Assembly (NCBI RefSeq): GCF_004010195.1
Contig: NC_057718.1
Coordinates: forward strand, 100,899,637-100,963,636
Reading direction: 5' to 3'
Origin: Chiloscyllium plagiosum
Lineage: Eukaryota
DNA length: 64,000 nucleotides
The notes under the pieces are model-generated. The model saw nothing but the letters and a program-made list of their open reading frames with translations, was not told the DNA's origin and did not search any database. Positions within the stretch are counted from its first letter, which is position 1. Each line of letters opens with the position of its first letter. This document shows positions 63,526 through 64,000 of this stretch, piece by piece. Made by a program: the position numbers and the translations under genes.

Positions 63526-64000
63526 GTAGTTTCAGGTGCTTTGAAAGGTATTGACCACAGCATGGTACCTTTTTGCATCTACTTTGAGCTTTTAACTTGC
63601 TTGCGATATGCTGTACATCTCTATGACTCTATTTGACTTGACATTCTGTCTCCTTGCATCTTCCTATTGAGTTGTCGTGTAGAGGAGGGAGCCAATGGCA
63701 GTAATCAAGCACTGTTGTGAAGTTTTAAAGAAGAAACCCTCTGTCGGTAATGATTGACTGAACAAGACATGGAAGCAGTTGCAGCATCCAGCCTGGATAA
63801 ATAGAAGAGGAGGTTAATGGCTTTCTATAGCGGGGGAGTAAAACTGACCCTGGAGTTCCAAACCCACTCATTATCAGCAGAATCTTGGCAGAGGTCAAAA
63901 CTCTCAGCGTGATTTGCCACAGGCTAGTCGAATCAGGCAAGTTCCCAAATTTCTAAAATGTTGGAACTCTCGTTTGGCTGCTTTTGTTTCTTTTGTGCAG

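Overview
Vertebrate genomic DNA, almost certainly from a shark or ray: it is dense in HE1 V-SINEs, CR1/HER1-type LINEs, Deu-domain SINEs and Penelope-like repeats. The only intact protein-coding gene is FLRT3 (single coding exon, 11225-13192, minus strand). It has a splice acceptor at 13208/13209, a candidate poly(A) signal at 10395-10400 and a candidate promoter plus non-coding first exon at about 26.5-26.9 kb. By known jawed-vertebrate synteny the window is probably inside a MACROD2 intron, but no MACROD2 exon was recognised. Main observations: (1) at least four families of Penelope-like repeats carry minimal hammerhead ribozyme motifs with co-varying stems, often as fold-back palindromes with 8-17 bp target-site duplications, and one is still attached to a GIY-YIG endonuclease remnant; (2) a decayed partial copy of the FLRT LRR region lies just downstream of the FLRT3 3' end; (3) two CR1 insertions interrupt HE1 SINEs at essentially the same nucleotide; (4) two short spaced duplications of apparently unique sequence. 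Nearly all other ORFs in the track are repeat-derived or spurious. Repeat boundaries were read by eye and are approximate.
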